Assembly (NCBI RefSeq): GCF_006345805.1
Contig: NW_021824706.1
Location: 1 to 35,920 of the forward strand
Direction: 5' to 3'
Length of the DNA stretch: 35,920 nt
From: Octopus sinensis
Taxonomy: Eukaryota
How positions within the stretch are numbered: position 1 is the stretch's first letter; every line of letters starts with the position of its first letter. Below are positions 32,757 to 35,920 of the stretch, in pieces. The translations under genes and the position numbers were made by a program. The notes below the pieces were generated by a model. The model did no database searches. It had not been told where the DNA came from and was given only the letters and a program-made list of their open reading frames with translations.

Positions 32757-33690
32757 ATTGTGTGTGTTCCCTCAGGTGTCTGAGAAATTAGAGCCCAATC
32801 GTCAGTAAACAGAAAGTCACGTAAAATCTCTTCCTCGGCCTTTTTTCTTTGATCTGGAGGCGCAATGGCCCAGTGGTTAGGGCAGCGGACTCGCAGTCGT
32901 AGGATCGCGGTTTCGATTACCAGACCGGGCATTGTGAGTGTTTATTGAGCGAAAACACCTAAAGTTTCATCCTGCAGGGGATGGTAGTGAACCCTGCTGT
33001 ACTCTTTCACCACAACTTTCTCTCACTCTTACTTCCTGTTTCTGTTGTACCTGTATTTCAAGGGGCCGGCCTTGTCACACTCTGTATCACGCTGAATCTC
33101 CTCGAGAACTACGTTAAGGGTACACGTGTCTGTGGAGTGCTCAGCCACTTGCACGTTAATTCCACGAGCAGGCTGTTCCGTTGATCGTATCAGCTGGGAC
33201 CCTCATCGTCGTAACCGACGGAGTGCTCCTATTTCTTTGATCTAAAAGTTTGCACTGTCAGGTTGAGTAAACCTCCTGAATGAAACTGGAATTTTACACC
33301 TTCATGGTCATCCTTCAAAGCATGTTGGGGCATCATTGAAAAGAATATGAAAAAAAGGTACAGGAGCTAATACACAGCCCTGTTTGATACCAATAGCTGC
33401 AGAAAATGCGTCTGAACATTGACTGCTAGATATCACTGTTTTTTTTATGCAAGGATACTGTTACCATTATCATTTTACCAGGAAGACCAACTGTTGAAAT
33501 AATCAAAATAATTTAAATTGAAAAAACAGAATAAAAGAATTAAATCCTGCAATCAACAGGCACATTTGCCCAATCCCAGGCAAAGTCAAAATCGTCAGTG
33601 TTACCATTCTGATATCATAGCAAAATCCATGTCTGGATTTACATCAAGATATGGTTTTTGCTAAGACAGAGGATAAAATTCACCAACAAT
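32757..33690 (-). pseudogene. RTE-clade LINE reverse transcriptase fragment, interrupted by a SINE
   Basis: GIKQGCVLAPVPFFIFFSMM..EGVKFQFHSGGLLNL (33245-33420), then ILRDFLFTDDWALIS (LFADD motif, ~32785-32830). Confidence 0.88.
32856..33231 (+). mobile_element. SINE with family C head and alternative tail, with TSD
   Basis: 12-bp TSD TTTCTTTGATCT (32844-32855, 33232-33243); A and B boxes in the head. Confidence 0.93.
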
Positions 33691-33713
33691 CCACATGTAG
33701 TTACATATAAGTA

Positions 33714-33714
<1 letters not shown>

Positions 33715-33769
<55 letters not shown>

Positions 33770-33843
33770 ATATGTATGTAGTATGTATGTATGTATGTAT
33801 GTATGTATGTATGTATGTACGTATGTATGTATATATGCATGCG

Positions 33844-33912
<69 letters not shown>

Positions 33913-33915
33913 TGT
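33715..33915. repeat. (AT)n/(ATGT)n microsatellite
   Basis: Direct reading. Confidence 0.95.
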
Positions 33916-34212
33916 GGAGGCGCAATGGCCTAGTGGTTAGGGCAGCGAACTCGCGGTCGCAGGATCGCGGTTTCGATTGCCAGACCGGGCGTTGTGAGTG
34001 TTTATTGAGCGAAAACACCTAAAAGCTCCACGAGGCTCCGGCAGGGGGTGGAGATTCCTGCTGTACTCTTTCACCACTCTTTCTCCCACTCTTCTGTTGG
34101 CCTGCTCGCTTAGCCAGCGGGGTGGCGTCGTTCGAAGGCTAAAACAATGCGAACGCATTGTGACCAGCGATGTGTAGCAACATCTGATGGTCTGGTCGGT
34201 CACGTAATCACG
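33916..34212 (+). mobile_element. SINE family C, full length
   Basis: Near-identical to 6975-7283. Confidence 0.92.
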
Positions 34213-34246
34213 AAATATTTATATATGTATGTATATATGTATGCAT

Positions 34247-34278
<32 letters not shown>

Positions 34279-34357
34279 CAATTGTAATATAAATAATGTG
34301 TACATATATATGAATATATACATACGTATATGTACATCTATCTATCTATCTATATCT

Positions 34358-34399
<42 letters not shown>

Positions 34400-34865
34400 G
34401 TGTGGGCACGAAACACATACAACAAAAAATTACGAAGTATTTCGAACATCAAAAGAAACAAATGGAGAACAAGACAAACAACATAAAAGAAAACAACCCT
34501 TCATCAGTTGTTGACTATTTTTCTACTCTCGTATTTGATGATAAATGCTCGAAATACGAGAGTAGAAAAACAGGCAACAAAAGATGAAGGGACGTTTTTT
34601 TGTGTTGTTTGTATTGTTTTCCATTTGTATCTATTGTTGTTTGAAAAAATAGTGCATATTCTATGTACTCGTATTTCGTATTTTTTGTTGTAAACGTTTC
34701 ATGACATCCTGTGCTCACATATGATATATATATATATATGTGTGTACAGATGTAAGTATGTACATTTACCTATGTATATATATTATTCTATGATTGAACA
34801 CCACACATCCTCTTCCAAGTAAGTTTTATCTTTCTCCCTCTCTCTTCTCTCTCTCTCTCTCTCTG

Positions 34866-35608
34866 TGGGGTACTTAGGTCTGCTCAGGACTTAGTGCCTG
34901 CTTTTTCTATCGGTATGAGTAAGTATTTCATCTATGTCTTACGTATTTATCGCTGAAGAGGGGAAAATTCTTATGAATTAACCCCGAAATTGGGACCAAT
35001 ACGGTAATAACGGATTTTTTAGAAATTTCTATCGGCATGTTTTGAAACGCATAAATTATAATGGTTATTAACAATTTTGTCTTTTTTTCGGCATAGTTGG
35101 CATTAGACTTTTTTGTTTGCCCTTATTTTATAAGTTATTTATAAATTTAACCTTTAAAGGTATTTTTTGATATGCTAGCCATTAGTAAAATTTTTTTTCG
35201 AAAAAAATTTTATCCTACATTAGTTGTAAATTTAAGTGTTCACTTCCGGATTCTCTTACTCTGTGAAAGTTTCTAGTTCGAATCACACGTGTCTCGAGAT
35301 GTGCCGAAGATTTTCTATTTTGGATATATTTGGGTGGGTACTTAGGTCTGCTCAGGACTTAGTGCTTGCTTTTTCCATGGGTATGAGTAAGTATTTCATT
35401 TATGTCTTACGTATTTATCGCTGAAGAGGGGAAAATTCTTATGAATTAACCCCGAAATTGGGACCAATAGGGAAATAACGGATTTTTTAGAAATTTCTAT
35501 CGGCTTGTTTCGAGACGCATAAATTATAATAGTTATTGAAAATTTTGTCTTTTTTTCGGCATATTTGACATTAGAAAAATTTTTTTGCCCTTATTTTATA
35601 AGTTATAT
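34866..35608. repeat. Direct duplication of a ~275-bp unit, period ~470 bp
   Basis: gtacttaggtctgctcaggacttagtgc..gcccttattttataagttat occurs at ~34866-35140 and ~35336-35608. Confidence 0.93.
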
Positions 35609-35624
35609 ATATATGCATATATAT

Positions 35625-35835
35625 ATACTTATGTGTGTATGTTTGTGTGTTTGTCCCTCAACATTGCCTGACAAACAATGCTGGTATATTTACGTCCCTG
35701 TAACGTAGCGGTTCAGCAAAAGAGCCGACAGAATAAGTACTAGTCGTGGGGTTGATTTGCTCAACAGTGCTCCAACAGGCAGTGCTCCAACATGGCTGAA
35801 GTCAAATGGCTGAAACAAAAAAGAATAAAAGAAAG
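35625..35835 (+). mobile_element. SINE family A 3' half
   Basis: gtttgtccctcaacattgcctgacaaac..tagcggttcagcaaaagagccgacagaataagtactag..catggctgaagtcaaatggctgaaac. Confidence 0.85.
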
Positions 35836-35920
35836 AATATTCAAATGAACACACACACACACAAACCCACACACACACACACACACACACACACCACACA
35901 CACACCACACACACACAACA

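Overview
AT-rich, microsatellite-dense eukaryotic DNA. The repeat complement (abundant tRNA-derived SINEs, Tx1-like and RTE LINEs, mariner, hAT and Helitron-like elements) looks like a coleoid cephalopod, most likely Octopus; this is inferred from pattern recognition, not from a search. I find no intact protein-coding gene or structural RNA gene, and no CRISPR or prokaryotic system, so the window appears intronic or intergenic. Best-supported content: (1) a near full-length decayed Tx1/L1-clade LINE on the minus strand (~11090-15480); (2) two deleted mariner elements, one with ~220-bp terminal inverted repeats (TIRs) and one inserted into a SINE; (3) a hAT MITE with a perfect 8-bp target-site duplication (TSD); (4) a GGATC-ended MITE family with 8-bp TSDs, some copies carrying telomere-like repeats; (5) non-autonomous Helitron-like elements; (6) an RTE reverse transcriptase (RT) fragment split by a SINE; (7) about 20 SINE copies, including a trimer flanked by one TSD. 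A few unique stretches carry splice signals. The best is a 198-bp phase 1-1 open exon candidate at 16831-17028 whose host gene I cannot identify. Most ORFs in the supplied track are artefacts of microsatellites or SINEs.
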